From an uncultured Synergistaceae bacterium (GTDB taxonomy: Bacteria > Synergistota > Synergistia > Synergistales > Dethiosulfovibrionaceae), in assembly GCA_964604125.1 (NCBI GenBank), contig CAZRXR010000003.1, positions 2,593 through 66,592 of the forward strand: a stretch of 64,000 nucleotides of DNA, written 5' to 3'. How positions within the stretch are numbered: the first letter of the stretch is position 1; each line of letters starts with the position of its first letter. The notes under the pieces were generated by a model, which saw nothing but the letters and a program-made list of their open reading frames with translations, was not told the DNA's origin and did no database searches. The position numbers and the translations under genes were made by a program. Positions 37,740 to 48,678 of this stretch are shown here, in pieces.

Positions 37740-40700
37740 ATGAAAATTGTTGACACGTCGATGCGCCATCCTGTCGCGGTCATCATCGGAACCATAGGGT
37801 TTGTCATCTTCGGCCTGTACGCGATGACCCAGATTGGGATCGAGCGGATGCCCAATGTCGATATCCCCGTCGTCATGGTGCGCACCGAACTGGAGGGAGC
37901 CAGCCCGGCCATCATCGACAACGACGTGACCGACGTGCTCGAAACGCGGATCAACACCATCGAGGGGATCAAAAACATCTCCTCGAGCAGCTATGAAGGA
38001 CGCTCGGTCATTAACGTGGAATTCGAGCTTGAACGCGACATCGACAACGCGGCGGCCGACGTGCGCGGCAAAGCCAGCATGGCGCAGAGCAAACTTCCCG
38101 ACGAGGCGGAGAGCCCGCAGATCGACAAGTTCAATCTGGACGACCGCCCTGTGATGTTCATCGCCGTCGATAACCCAGGCGGCGTGGACAAGAAAACCCT
38201 TTCGCGCTTCGTAGACAAGGTCGTGGTCGAGCGCCTGCAGACCGTGCGCGGCGTCGGCGGCGCCGAGACGAGCGGCTTCCAGGAGCGCCAGATCCGCGTG
38301 TGGGTCGATCCGAACAAGCTGGAGTCGCGAAACCTGACCGCTCTTGAAGTGAAGAACGCCATCGCAAACCAGCACGTGGAGCTTCCCGCCGGGCGTATTG
38401 AGACGGGGCAGCTGGAGTACGGCATCAGACTGAACGGCGAATACACGAGCGTCGAGGAGCTTGAAAACCTGCCCGTCAAGAACGTGAAAGGCGCCGTCGT
38501 CCGCCTTCGCGACATCGCGCGCGTCGAGGACGGGTTTGAGGACACGCGCAACGTGGCTATCTACAACGCTCAGGACTCGATGCTGGTGGCTATCCGCAAG
38601 CAGCGCGGGGCCAACGAGGTGGAACTCTCGCGCGGGGTCGTCCGGCGCCTTGAAGAACTGAACCGTTCGGCGCCCGCTGGCGTCCGTCTCAGGGTCGTGC
38701 AGGACAATTCCGTCTACATCATCAATTCGATGAACGGCGTGAGGGACGACATCGTCTTCGGCATCCTGCTGACGGCCCTGATCATGTTTCTGTTCCTGCG
38801 CACATTCAGGGCCACGATCGTCACGGTCATCACGATGCCCGTTTGCCTTCTGGGCAGTCTCATCGTCCTCTGGGGCATGGGCCAGACGATCAACAACATG
38901 AGCGCGATGGGGCTTTCGCTGGCGGTCGGCATGGTGGTTGACGCGACGACGGTCGTCATCGAGAACGTGGAGCGCCACCGCCAGATGGGCAAGACGGCCA
39001 TGCGCGCCGCGCTTGACGGCACGGGCGAGGTCGGCGCGTCCGTCATCGCGGGCGCGGCGACGACGATCGCCGTTTTCCTCCCCGTCGCGCTGATGCCCGG
39101 CATGATCGGGCGCTTCTTCAGCTCGTTCGGCACGACAGTCACCGTGACAATCGCCATCTCTCTGCTGCTTTCCGTGACGCTGACGCCGTTCCTGTGCGCC
39201 CACATGCTCGGGCGCTACAGAAGACCCGCGCGCTGGCAGATCATGATGGAAAAGCCCTTGATCTGGCTGGAGTCGGTCTACCGCGTCGCGCTACGGTACG
39301 CCGTCGCCCACCGTTTTACGACGCTGGCTGTCGCCGTCGTCACGTTCGTCGGGGGGCTGCTCCTCGCTGGGCGTCTGGGGAGCGAGTTCTTCCCCAACGA
39401 GGATCAGGGCCGTTTCAACATCACGATCGAGATGGCGGCCGACTCCTCCATCGAGAACACGCTCGCTTTCATGAAAGAGATCTCCGCCGAGGTGCAAAAG
39501 GATCCCCGCGTGGATTACGTATTCGGAAACGCGGGCGGCGGCGCGGCGGCGGCCGTCTACAAAGGCACGCTCCGCGTCCACCTTGTCGATAGAAAGCTGC
39601 GCCCCAACTCGAGCGTGATCATGCGCGAATGGCGCGAAAAACTTTCGGCCTACAAGGACGTTGACATCAAACTCGGCAACTGGGGCGGCAGCGACCTCAC
39701 ACTGGTCATACAGGGCCCGACGACCGAAGAACTGGCCGTGCTCGGCGACGAGATCAAGGCGGAACTCCAGCGCGAAAACCGGGGTCTTGTCGATGTCATC
39801 ACCGACCTTCAGATGAACAAGCCTAGGATCAACCTGCAGCTTAACCGCGCCCTAGCCGACGACCTCGGCGTCAACGTGCGCACGCTCTCCTCCGAGCTCG
39901 AGGCATGGTTTGACGGCGTGGACGCGGCGACGTTCAGCGACGAAGGCTACAGGTACTACATCCGCATCCGCGCCGACGAGCCGGAGCGCAACGTGCCCGA
40001 AAAGGTGCTGAACACGCTCGTGCGCACCTCCGGCAATGAGCTGATCCGCGCCGACGGGCTGGTGCGCACCGTTTTCGACATGGCTCCCAACGTTATCAAG
40101 CGCTACAACCGCCAGCGCTCCATCCAGATAGAGGCGAACACTCAGGGGATCTCCCCCGGCGAGGGAATACAGATCATGGAAGACGTGTTCCACCGTCTCG
40201 CGCCGCAGAACGGGATGTTCTCCATCACGCCGGCCGGCGACTCCGAGCGCATGAACGAAAGCTTCGGCTACATCATCACGGGCATCGTCTTCGCCATCGT
40301 CCTCGTCTACATGGTCATGGCGGTTCAGTTCGAGTCGTTCCTGCACCCGCTCACCGTCATGTTCTCGCTGCCGCTGATGACGAGCGGAACGTTCGGTTTC
40401 CTCTACCTGATGAAACTCCGTCTCAGCGTCATGAGCCTGATGGGCATCATCCTTCTGATCGGCATCGTGGTCAACAACGCCATCATGCTCGTCGATTTCG
40501 CCAACCAGGAGCGCGCCAAAGGGGCGGACAAGGTGACGGCCATCCTCAACGCCGGGCCGCTCCGTCTGCGCGCCATTCTCATGACGACCGTGTCCACGAT
40601 GATCGGCACGCTGCCGATCGCGATGGGGCTGAGCGCCGGCGGCGAAGTGCGCCAGCCGATGTCGGCGGCCGTTATCGGCGGGCTGTTCACGTCCACGCTG

Positions 40701-40832
40701 CTCACGCTGCTCGTCATTCCCGTCGTCTACCTGCTGATGGACGACATGGCCGACTATGTCAGGGCGCGCGTGCACCGCTTCAGGGCGATGCGGCGCGCGC
40801 GCCAGATGAAGACGGCCAGACCCAAAGTCTGA
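37740..40832 (+). CDS. RND efflux transporter permease
   Basis: 1030 aa; MPNVDIP, GMVVDATTVVIEN, QFESFLHP, RLRAILMT. Confidence 0.93.
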   Translation: MKIVDTSMRHPVAVIIGTIGFVIFGLYAMTQIGIERMPNVDIPVVMVRTELEGASPAIIDNDVTDVLETRINTIEGIKNISSSSYEGRSVINVEFELERDIDNAAADVRGKASMAQSKLPDEAESPQIDKFNLDDRPVMFIAVDNPGGVDKKTLSRFVDKVVVERLQTVRGVGGAETSGFQERQIRVWVDPNKLESRNLTALEVKNAIANQHVELPAGRIETGQLEYGIRLNGEYTSVEELENLPVKNVKGAVVRLRDIARVEDGFEDTRNVAIYNAQDSMLVAIRKQRGANEVELSRGVVRRLEELNRSAPAGVRLRVVQDNSVYIINSMNGVRDDIVFGILLTALIMFLFLRTFRATIVTVITMPVCLLGSLIVLWGMGQTINNMSAMGLSLAVGMVVDATTVVIENVERHRQMGKTAMRAALDGTGEVGASVIAGAATTIAVFLPVALMPGMIGRFFSSFGTTVTVTIAISLLLSVTLTPFLCAHMLGRYRRPARWQIMMEKPLIWLESVYRVALRYAVAHRFTTLAVAVVTFVGGLLLAGRLGSEFFPNEDQGRFNITIEMAADSSIENTLAFMKEISAEVQKDPRVDYVFGNAGGGAAAAVYKGTLRVHLVDRKLRPNSSVIMREWREKLSAYKDVDIKLGNWGGSDLTLVIQGPTTEELAVLGDEIKAELQRENRGLVDVITDLQMNKPRINLQLNRALADDLGVNVRTLSSELEAWFDGVDAATFSDEGYRYYIRIRADEPERNVPEKVLNTLVRTSGNELIRADGLVRTVFDMAPNVIKRYNRQRSIQIEANTQGISPGEGIQIMEDVFHRLAPQNGMFSITPAGDSERMNESFGYIITGIVFAIVLVYMVMAVQFESFLHPLTVMFSLPLMTSGTFGFLYLMKLRLSVMSLMGIILLIGIVVNNAIMLVDFANQERAKGADKVTAILNAGPLRLRAILMTTVSTMIGTLPIAMGLSAGGEVRQPMSAAVIGGLFTSTLLTLLVIPVVYLLMDDMADYVRARVHRFRAMRRARQMKTARPKV

Positions 40833-40843
40833 GGAGTTCTCCC

Positions 40844-42130
40844 ATGAAACACCGCTGTTGTTTATATTTCGCGGCCGCGCTGCTTCTCGTTTCCTCCCCG
40901 CTTTCCGCGCGGGAGATGACGATCTCGGAGGCGCTGCGGTACGCGCTTGAGCAAAGCCCGGCGCTCAAATCGGCGCGTCAGGAACTGCGCAAGGCGAAAG
41001 GAGGCGTCGTTCAGGCCGACGGCAACTTCTACCCGAGGATCAGCGTCAGCGGCTCGTACAGCGACAACCGTTACCCCACAGTGAATGCCGGCGACAGGAC
41101 AGACACGCGCGGCGCCGCCGTCGGCGTGACCGAGAACATCTACGCGGGCGGGCGGCACGCCGCCCAGCGCCGTCAGGCGAAAGAACAGCTGAACCAGGCG
41201 GAACTGACGGTCAAAGAGGCCGAAGAAAATCTCGCCGTCAATCTCCACACGCTGTTCTACAGCGTGCTGCTCGCGCGGGAAACGGTCGCGGCGGCCGTTG
41301 ACGCCGTGGAGACATCGCGCAAGCATCTGCAGGAGGTTCAGCAGATGCTTAGTCTGGGACTCGCCAACCAGCTGGAGGTGATCCGCGCCGAGCAGCAGCT
41401 CAGCTCGAACGAGGCGGCCCTCGCCTCCAGCCGGGGCACGCTTGATTCGGCGAACATCAACCTGCTCAACCTGATGGGGCTGCCGCCGCAGTCGGACTAC
41501 TCGCCGTCGGGGACGCTCGAAATCGCCCGCCCCGAGGGCACGGCCGAGGCGTCGGTCGAACTGGCGCGCCGTCAGCGGGCCGACAAGGCTATCCTCGAAA
41601 AGCAGATAGCCATCCAGAAAGAACAGATCACGATCGTCAGCGGCGCCATGAAACCGAGCGTCGATGTGACGGTCAGCGCCGGGTACGACACTCCGTACCA
41701 CAGCCAGGATCGCGGCGAAGACTCGTGGAAAGCCACTCTCAGCATGGAAGTTCCCGTCTACGACGGAGGGCAGACGCGCGGCGAGGTCATCAAGGCGCGC
41801 GCCGTCCAGGAGCAGAACCGCCAGAACCTTCGCCAGAAAGAACTGGACATCCTGTCGGAAGTCGGCCTCGCGTGGGTCGAGATAACCGACAGCGAGGCGC
41901 AGATCGTCGCGCGTCGCAAGGCGCTCTCTCTGGCGAGGGAGACGCTCCGCCTCTCGCAGGTCGGCTACCGCGAAGGCGTCACGCCGCAGCTTGACCTTCT
42001 CGACGCGCAGTCCAACCTGACTTCCGCGCGCAAGGACTACAGCCAATCCCTCTATACTCATCTGATGCGAATCGTCGCACTCAAACGCGCCGAAGGCGCG
42101 CTCATCCCGTGGACGCTGGAAGGTAGATGA
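40844..42130 (+). CDS. TolC-family outer membrane factor
   Basis: Signal peptide, SP-L repeat, P-Y-GG motifs, YREGVTPQLDLLDAQ. Confidence 0.9.
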   Translation: MKHRCCLYFAAALLLVSSPLSAREMTISEALRYALEQSPALKSARQELRKAKGGVVQADGNFYPRISVSGSYSDNRYPTVNAGDRTDTRGAAVGVTENIYAGGRHAAQRRQAKEQLNQAELTVKEAEENLAVNLHTLFYSVLLARETVAAAVDAVETSRKHLQEVQQMLSLGLANQLEVIRAEQQLSSNEAALASSRGTLDSANINLLNLMGLPPQSDYSPSGTLEIARPEGTAEASVELARRQRADKAILEKQIAIQKEQITIVSGAMKPSVDVTVSAGYDTPYHSQDRGEDSWKATLSMEVPVYDGGQTRGEVIKARAVQEQNRQNLRQKELDILSEVGLAWVEITDSEAQIVARRKALSLARETLRLSQVGYREGVTPQLDLLDAQSNLTSARKDYSQSLYTHLMRIVALKRAEGALIPWTLEGR

Positions 42131-43209
42131 CGATGAAAAAAAGCCTTTGGATCCTATGCGCCGTCATGACCGCCGCGTTTTTCCGCACAGCCGCAGCCGC
42201 GGTTCCGCCGAAGTCGGCTTTTGTGCGCGTCGTCACGATGAAAAACGACTCCACGATACGCGACGGTTTCTCGCAGAACACATCGCTCGAAGCGCTCGAG
42301 CGCGTTGTCCTTTATCCCCGCGTCACGGGACGGCTGGAGAAGATGACCGTCGCCAAGGGAGAACTTGTAAAGGCGGGACAGCGGCTCGCCGTCCTCGTCC
42401 ATGACGAGCAGAACGCACAGGTCAACGCCGCCAAAGCGGCCGTCGATCGCACGCGGGCCGAATGGGCGAACGCGCGGATCGAGCTGAAGCGCTATCAGCG
42501 TCTCAAAAAAGAGGGCTTCAGCACGCAGCAGCTGCTCGACAGCAAGGACACGGCGTTCCGCAGCGCGAAAGCCCAGTACGACGCCGCCCGCTCCGACTTG
42601 ACGCGCCTCACGGTCACGCGCGACGAGTACATCATCAACGCCTCCATCGACGGAACCGTCCTCAACGACTACTCACTCGTCCCCGGCGCGATGCTCTCCA
42701 CCACCACCCCGGTCGCCGAGCTCGCCAACCTTAAGACGCTCAAGGCGATATTCCGCGTGCCCGAGACCCGTTTCTACTCCGTTAAACCCGGTATGTCCGT
42801 GCTGCTGACGCTCGACGCCCTCCCGAGGGAACAGTTCCGCGCGCGGATAGCGCGCGTTGACGACTATGTCGATCCGCAGTCGCGCACGGCGGGCGTCGAA
42901 GCGCATATCGAGAACGAAACCACCGGCGACAGGCTCCGCCCCGGCATGTTCGGGCGCGCGTTCATCATCGAAAAGGAAGAACTCGACGCCTACATCGTGC
43001 CTCTCGCCGCGCTGCGCAAGCCGCGCACCTCGGACGAGAACGAGCTGGCCCTCTACGCCGACGGAAAGATCAAGACCGTCAAGGTCAAGACGGGTATCGT
43101 TCAGGGTGTCAGCGTCGAGATCCGCGACGGGCTGAACAACGGCGATCAGGTCGTCGTCTTCGGCGGCAACGCCCTCAAAGACGGCGATCCCGCGCGGCTC
43201 ATGTCGTAA
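42127..43209 (+). CDS. RND membrane fusion (periplasmic adaptor) protein
   Basis: PRVTGRL, VKAGQRLA, ASIDG, LRPGMF, GLNNGDQVV. Confidence 0.92.
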   Translation: MTMKKSLWILCAVMTAAFFRTAAAAVPPKSAFVRVVTMKNDSTIRDGFSQNTSLEALERVVLYPRVTGRLEKMTVAKGELVKAGQRLAVLVHDEQNAQVNAAKAAVDRTRAEWANARIELKRYQRLKKEGFSTQQLLDSKDTAFRSAKAQYDAARSDLTRLTVTRDEYIINASIDGTVLNDYSLVPGAMLSTTTPVAELANLKTLKAIFRVPETRFYSVKPGMSVLLTLDALPREQFRARIARVDDYVDPQSRTAGVEAHIENETTGDRLRPGMFGRAFIIEKEELDAYIVPLAALRKPRTSDENELALYADGKIKTVKVKTGIVQGVSVEIRDGLNNGDQVVVFGGNALKDGDPARLMS

Positions 43210-43223
43210 CCCCGCGTAAAAGT

Positions 43224-43268
43224 AAAAAAACGGCCTCTCCCCGGAATTCGGGGACGAGGCCGTTTTTT
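43224..43268. terminator. Bidirectional terminator
   Basis: AAAAAAACGGCCTC...GAGGCCGTTTTTT between convergent genes. Confidence 0.8.
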
Positions 43269-43281
43269 CGCGCGCTGTTCT

Positions 43282-44595
43282 TTATGTTTCCAGCGCGTAT
43301 GCTCCGTTTTCCTCCCGCCGCGGCGAAAGGGAATAGTACTCTCTCATCGCGGCGCGCATCAGTTCGGGGTCGCGCGCGCCGGCGATCTCGTAACAGCTGT
43401 GCATCGCTAGCTGCGCCAGGCCGATGTCAACGCACGGCACGGAGAAGCGCGGCACGAGGACGCGCCCCAGCGTCGAGCCGCCGGGCAGATCGGCGCGGTT
43501 GCCGTACAGCTGCACGGGGACGCCGGCCCGCTCGCAGACGCGCGCGAAAAGCGCCGATGAAAGGCCGTCGGTCGCGTATCTCCGCGCGGCGCTGAACTTG
43601 ATCACGACGCCGCCGTTCAAGCGCGGACGCTCGTTCTCGTCGTAATATTCGGGGTGCGCCGGGTGCACCGCGTGGGCGTTGTCGGCCGACACCATGAAGC
43701 TGTTCGCGAGCGCGGTGAGACGCTCGCCGACGTTCATTCCCAGCGCCTCGCCGATCCTGTCGAGCGTGTCCTCGAGAAAGGTTGACGCCGCTCCCTGCCA
43801 TGTGCCGCTGCCGACTTCCTCGCTGTCGAAAAGGCAGTACACGGGCATGGAGCCGCTCGCCCGCGCGGAGACAAACCCCTCCAGCAGGCACCACGCGCAT
43901 TCAAGGTCGTCGATTCTGGGCGAGGCGAGGAACTCCCCGCGCGCGCCCACACGCGACGCGCGCGCTCGGGGGTAGAGAAACAGGTCGGTCGATACCAGTT
44001 CTCCGCGTTCGATGCCGGCGCTCTCGCGCAGCAGTCCGTAAAAGTCGTCCCCGCCGCCGCGCCGCGAAAACAGCGGCAGCATGTCCACGTTCGGCTTCAG
44101 TTCCCCGCCTGTGTCGAACTTCGCGGCGAGGTGGATGGGAACGCTGGGGATGACGAGCAGATCTCTGTCAACGTTCACGAGCCGCGAGAAGATTTTCTCC
44201 CCGTCGCGGCAAAACACCCTTCCCGCGACGGACAGCGGCCTGTCGAGCCACGAGCGGGCGATCGCGCCGCCGTACATCTCGACGGCGAGGCGGACGGTCT
44301 CCCCGGCCGAGGGGACTTCGGCTGTCTGCCGAACGCGGTAGCCGGGCGAGTCGCTGTGCGCGGCCGCCAGCATAAAACCGCGCGGGCGCGCCTTGGGCAG
44401 ACGGAACGCGATCACCGACGAATCGCCGCGGACGACGTAGTACGCCCCGCCCGGCTCCGTCTCCCAGACGCCGCTCTCGCGGAGTTCGGCGTAGCCGAGG
44501 CCGTTCAGGCGACGCGCGACGTTGGCGCAGGCGTGGAACATCGTCGGGCTTTTATCGAGAAACTTCATCAGCGAGGCGCAGATGTCGGCGGACAC
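43282..44595 (-). CDS. M18 aspartyl aminopeptidase (ApeB-like)
   Basis: SPTMFHA, AHSDSP, SWLDRPL, IDDL, EEVGS, SADNAHAVHP, LAMHS; GTG 44595 best spaced from SD. Confidence 0.9.
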   Translation of the reverse strand: MSADICASLMKFLDKSPTMFHACANVARRLNGLGYAELRESGVWETEPGGAYYVVRGDSSVIAFRLPKARPRGFMLAAAHSDSPGYRVRQTAEVPSAGETVRLAVEMYGGAIARSWLDRPLSVAGRVFCRDGEKIFSRLVNVDRDLLVIPSVPIHLAAKFDTGGELKPNVDMLPLFSRRGGGDDFYGLLRESAGIERGELVSTDLFLYPRARASRVGARGEFLASPRIDDLECAWCLLEGFVSARASGSMPVYCLFDSEEVGSGTWQGAASTFLEDTLDRIGEALGMNVGERLTALANSFMVSADNAHAVHPAHPEYYDENERPRLNGGVVIKFSAARRYATDGLSSALFARVCERAGVPVQLYGNRADLPGGSTLGRVLVPRFSVPCVDIGLAQLAMHSCYEIAGARDPELMRAAMREYYSLSPRREENGAYALET

Positions 44596-44719
44596 GAAGA
44601 TCACTCCAGTTCAAATATCAAAATGAGCGCGGCGGATCGGGAAATCCGCCGATATTGTATCACGGACTTCCTGCGTTTCACTTTCGCGGCGCGCGCGGGC
44701 AAAAAAATTTTTTGCCCGA

Positions 44720-44774
44720 TTTCACCAATTTTGACTTTTACCCTCTTGACTGACCTTTGTTGACCATATATAAT
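44720..44774 (+). promoter_or_regulatory. clpB sigma70 promoter with two CtsR-like heptad direct repeats
   Basis: TTGACT (44746-51), 17 nt, TATAAT (44769-74); TTTCACC-aat-TTTGACT and ACTGACC-ttt-GTTGACC. Confidence 0.7.
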
Positions 44775-44810
44775 ACCGCTACATCAGACAGATGAAAGGA
44801 GACTTTACCC

Positions 44811-47405
44811 ATGGATCTCAATAAACTCACGCAAAAATCCCAGGAGGCTTTGAGCGAGGCTCAGAACCTGGCGATCGCCCGAGGGCACCAGCAGGTTGAC
44901 GTCGAGCATCTGGCGCTCGCCCTGCTGTCGCAGAAGGACGGGCTGATCCCCTCGATCATGGAGAAGCTGTCCGTCAGCACGCCAGCGCTCGTGGCGAAAC
45001 TCACGGCGCTGCTCGGCCAAAAAGCCCGGATCACCGGCGGGTACGCCAAGGACAAGATCTATATTTCGCAGGATCTGTCCCAGGTTCTGACCGACGCCGA
45101 AAAGCGCGCTCGGGCGCTGAACGACGAATACGTCTCCGTCGAGCATCTCTTTCTGGCCATGCTCGAAAACGCGCGCAGCCCCGCGTCGCGCGCGCTTGCC
45201 GAAGGCGGCGTGGAGGCCGGCGCGTTTCTCAAGGCGCTCGAGTCGGTGCGCGGCGCCTCCCGTGTGCAGAGCGCCAACCCGGAGGAGACCTACGACGCCC
45301 TGAAAAAATACGGCGTGGATCTTGTGGAATGCGCGCGCGGCGGCAAGCTCGACCCCGTCATCGGCCGCGACAGGGAGATCCTGCGCGTGATCCAGCTGCT
45401 CAGCCGCAAGACGAAAAACAACCCCGTTCTCATCGGCGAGCCCGGCGTCGGGAAGACCGCCATCGTCGAGGGACTCGCCCAGCGCATCGTCAAGGGCGAC
45501 GTGCCCGAGGATCTGAAAAACCGCACGATATTCTCGCTCGACATGGGCTCTCTGATCGCCGGGGCCAAGTACCGCGGCGAGTTTGAGGAGCGCCTGAAAG
45601 CCGTCGTCAACGAGATCAAGCGCAGCGAGGGCAGGATCATCCTCTTTATCGACGAGATCCACACCATCGTCGGGGCCGGCAAGACCGAAGGATCGATGGA
45701 CGCCAACAACCTGCTCAAGCCCATGCTCGCGCGCGGCGAACTGCACTGCATCGGCGCGACGACCATCGACGAGTACCGCAAGCACATCGAGAAGGACGCC
45801 GCGCTGGAGAGACGTTTCCAGCCGGTGATGGTCGATCCGCCCTCCCCCGAGGACGCCATCTCCATTTTGCGCGGCCTCAAAGAGCGCTTTCAGGTGTATC
45901 ACGGCGTGCGCATCACCGACGGCGCCATCGTCGCCGCCGTGACGCTCTCCGACCGCTACATCAGCGACAGGTACCTTCCCGACAAGGCCATCGACTTGAT
46001 CGACGAGGCCTGCGCGATGATACGCACCGAGATCAACTCCATGCCCGCCGAGATCGACTCGGTGGCGCGCAAGGTGGTGCGCCTCGAGATCGAGGAGGCC
46101 GCGCTGAAGAAAGAGAAGGACGACGCCAGCGCCGCCAGACTCGCGGAACTGCAGAAGGAACTCTCCGACCTCAAGGACAAGCAGAACGAGCTGATGGCCC
46201 GCTACAACGCGGAAAAGGACAGGCTCGCCGAAGTCCACCAGCTGCGCGAGAGGATCGAGACGGCCAAACGCGACATCGAGACCGCCGAGAGACGCTACGA
46301 CCTCAACAGGGCCGCCGAACTGCGCCACGGTGTGCTGCCGCAGCTGCAAAAGGAACTGAAGGAAAAGGAAAGCGCGCTGCGCGAGCAGAGCGGCGGAAGT
46401 TCGCTGCTGCGCGAGTCGGTCACCGAGAACGAGATTTCGCGCATCGTCAGCGAGTGGACGGGAATCCCCGTCACCAAACTCCTCGAAGGCGAACGCGAGA
46501 AGCTCCTCCACCTCGACGGGCAGCTGCACAAGGATGTCGTGGGACAGGACGAGGCTGTCACGCTCGTCGCCGACGCGATCATGAGGGCGCGCGCGGGAAT
46601 CAAGGATCCCCGGCGCCCCATCGGTTCGTTCATCTTTCTGGGGCCGACGGGCGTCGGCAAGACGGAGCTGGCCAAGGCGCTGTCGCGCACGCTGTTCGAC
46701 TCGGAGGAGAACATGGTGCGGATCGACATGTCCGAGTATATGGAGAAATACTCCGTCTCCCGCCTGCTCGGAGCGCCGCCCGGATACGTGGGTTACGAAG
46801 AAAGCGGCCAGCTGACCGAGGCCGTGCGCCGCAAGCCGTACAGCGTCGTGCTGTTCGACGAGATCGAAAAGGCGCACCCCGACGTGTTCAACGTCATGCT
46901 GCAGATCCTCGACGACGGCCGCGTGACCGACAGCCACGGGCGCACCGTAGACTTTAAAAACACCATCATCATCATGACGAGCAACCTGGGGAGCGACCTT
47001 CTTCTCGACGGCGTGAAAGACGGGAGCGTTCCTCCGAACGTGCGCGACTCCGTGATGAAGCTGATGAAGTCGCGCTTCCGCCCCGAGTTCCTCAACCGCG
47101 TGGACGACGTCGTGCTTTTCTCGCCCCTGAACAGGGAGCAGATCCGCGAGATCGTCGTTCTGCTCCTCGACGACCTGAAAAAACGGCTCGCGGGCAATCA
47201 GATCGCGTTCTCCGCGGACGACGCGGCCCTCGGCTACATCGCGGAGCACGGTTTCGATCCCGTGTACGGCGCGCGCCCGCTCAAGCGCTACATCAGCCAT
47301 AACGTGGAAACGCTCGTCGCGCGCTACATCATCTCGCATTCCGCAGGCGAGGGGACATCTCTTTCCCTCACGGTCGCGGACGGCAAGCTCGCTCTCCGCG
47401 CTTAG
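44811..47405 (+). CDS. clpB: Disaggregase ClpB
   Basis: [16 protein letters not shown], long M-domain coiled coil, no IGF loop seen. Confidence 0.96.
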   Translation: MDLNKLTQKSQEALSEAQNLAIARGHQQVDVEHLALALLSQKDGLIPSIMEKLSVSTPALVAKLTALLGQKARITGGYAKDKIYISQDLSQVLTDAEKRARALNDEYVSVEHLFLAMLENARSPASRALAEGGVEAGAFLKALESVRGASRVQSANPEETYDALKKYGVDLVECARGGKLDPVIGRDREILRVIQLLSRKTKNNPVLIGEPGVGKTAIVEGLAQRIVKGDVPEDLKNRTIFSLDMGSLIAGAKYRGEFEERLKAVVNEIKRSEGRIILFIDEIHTIVGAGKTEGSMDANNLLKPMLARGELHCIGATTIDEYRKHIEKDAALERRFQPVMVDPPSPEDAISILRGLKERFQVYHGVRITDGAIVAAVTLSDRYISDRYLPDKAIDLIDEACAMIRTEINSMPAEIDSVARKVVRLEIEEAALKKEKDDASAARLAELQKELSDLKDKQNELMARYNAEKDRLAEVHQLRERIETAKRDIETAERRYDLNRAAELRHGVLPQLQKELKEKESALREQSGGSSLLRESVTENEISRIVSEWTGIPVTKLLEGEREKLLHLDGQLHKDVVGQDEAVTLVADAIMRARAGIKDPRRPIGSFIFLGPTGVGKTELAKALSRTLFDSEENMVRIDMSEYMEKYSVSRLLGAPPGYVGYEESGQLTEAVRRKPYSVVLFDEIEKAHPDVFNVMLQILDDGRVTDSHGRTVDFKNTIIIMTSNLGSDLLLDGVKDGSVPPNVRDSVMKLMKSRFRPEFLNRVDDVVLFSPLNREQIREIVVLLLDDLKKRLAGNQIAFSADDAALGYIAEHGFDPVYGARPLKRYISHNVETLVARYIISHSAGEGTSLSLTVADGKLALRA

Positions 47406-47423
47406 CCCGCCTTCCGGCGACAG

Positions 47424-47462
47424 AAACAGCCGTTCCGGCCCGCGCCGGGACGGCTGTTCTTT
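47424..47462 (+). terminator. Rho-independent terminator after clpB
   Basis: AACAGCCGT.../ACGGCTGTT stem plus CTTT. Confidence 0.65.
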
Positions 47463-47483
47463 ACGCGCGGCCCGGCGCGGGTG

Positions 47484-47512
47484 TGGACACGCGCCGGACG
47501 ATTTACTATAAT
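47484..47512 (+). promoter_or_regulatory. sigma70-type promoter for birA
   Basis: TGGACA, 17 nt, TATAAT. Confidence 0.65.
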
Positions 47513-47548
47513 GCTCCGTGAACGATTTTTTCTATGCGGAGGCACGCC

Positions 47549-48535
47549 ATGTCAACGAAAGAACAGCTTCGCGCCGAGTCGCGAGACGGTACGGTCGGCT
47601 TCGTCCGCAAAGACGCCCACGCGGAACGCCCGGGCGTCGGCCGCGACGCGGAAAGACAGGCCGTTCAAGCGCTCCGGGACAAAGGCTTTGCCGTCGGCGC
47701 CGTCGCGGACAGCGGCCGTTCTCCCGGGAGCGCGGACGCGCCGACGGAAGCCGAACTGCGGCGATTTCTGCCCGGCGGAGGCCCGAAGTGGGACATCCGC
47801 GTCTACCCGTCGATTTCCTCGACCAACACGGTTCTCAAAGAAATGGCCGAGAACGGCGCTCCGGAGGGCACGATTCTGGTCGCGTGCGAGCAGACGGCGG
47901 GGCGCGGGCGCATGGGCAGGACGTTCTACTCCCCCGCCGGGGCCGGCGTCTATCTGAGCCTGCTGCTCCGGCCAGCGTTTTCTCCCCCGGAGTCGCTTTA
48001 CATCACGACGGCGGCCGCCGTCGCCGTCGCCGAGGCGATAGAGACGGTCGCGGGCAGGGAGACGAAGATCAAGTGGGTCAACGACGTGTACATCGACGGC
48101 AGGAAGGTCTGCGGAATCCTCACCGAAGCGTCGTTCGACGCCGAAAGCGGCCGGCTCGCCTATGCCGTGGCGGGCGTCGGGATCAACATGCGCCCTCCCG
48201 GGGAGAACTGCCCCGAAGAACTGAGACCGCTGATGACAAGCGTCTTTGAGAACGGTGGCTACGACGGCGAAAAGCGCGCGCGGATCGTCGCCGAGTTCAT
48301 TTCGCGTTTCTGGAACTTCTACGGGCGTCTCGCTGAAAAGCCCTTCCTGCGCGGGTACCGGCGGCGCTCGCTCCTCAACGGGGAAGCCGTCGATGTGATA
48401 CGCGGCGGCGCGCGCGTCCCCGCGATTGCGCTTGGGATCGACGACGAATGCCGTCTCCGCGTGCGCTACGGGGACGGGCGCGAGGAGTATCTCCAGTCCG
48501 GCGAAGTCTCCGTCAAGCCGCGCGGGAACGGCTGA
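47549..48535 (+). CDS. birA: Biotin-protein ligase with eroded N-terminal wHTH
   Basis: SSTN, EQTAGRGRMGR, KWVNDV, KVCGIL, GVGIN. Confidence 0.92.
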   Translation: MSTKEQLRAESRDGTVGFVRKDAHAERPGVGRDAERQAVQALRDKGFAVGAVADSGRSPGSADAPTEAELRRFLPGGGPKWDIRVYPSISSTNTVLKEMAENGAPEGTILVACEQTAGRGRMGRTFYSPAGAGVYLSLLLRPAFSPPESLYITTAAAVAVAEAIETVAGRETKIKWVNDVYIDGRKVCGILTEASFDAESGRLAYAVAGVGINMRPPGENCPEELRPLMTSVFENGGYDGEKRARIVAEFISRFWNFYGRLAEKPFLRGYRRRSLLNGEAVDVIRGGARVPAIALGIDDECRLRVRYGDGREEYLQSGEVSVKPRGNG

Positions 48536-48678
48536 AAAGACAAAAAACGCGCGCGCTGGGCGTCGGCCGGGCGGTTTCCGCGCCCCGGAAGCGCGAGAAA
48601 CAAAGTTCCTCCGCCGGGCGTCCTCGTTCCGGCGGAGTCTTTCGCGGCCTGCGGCAAACGACGCCGCCTGTATTAAAC

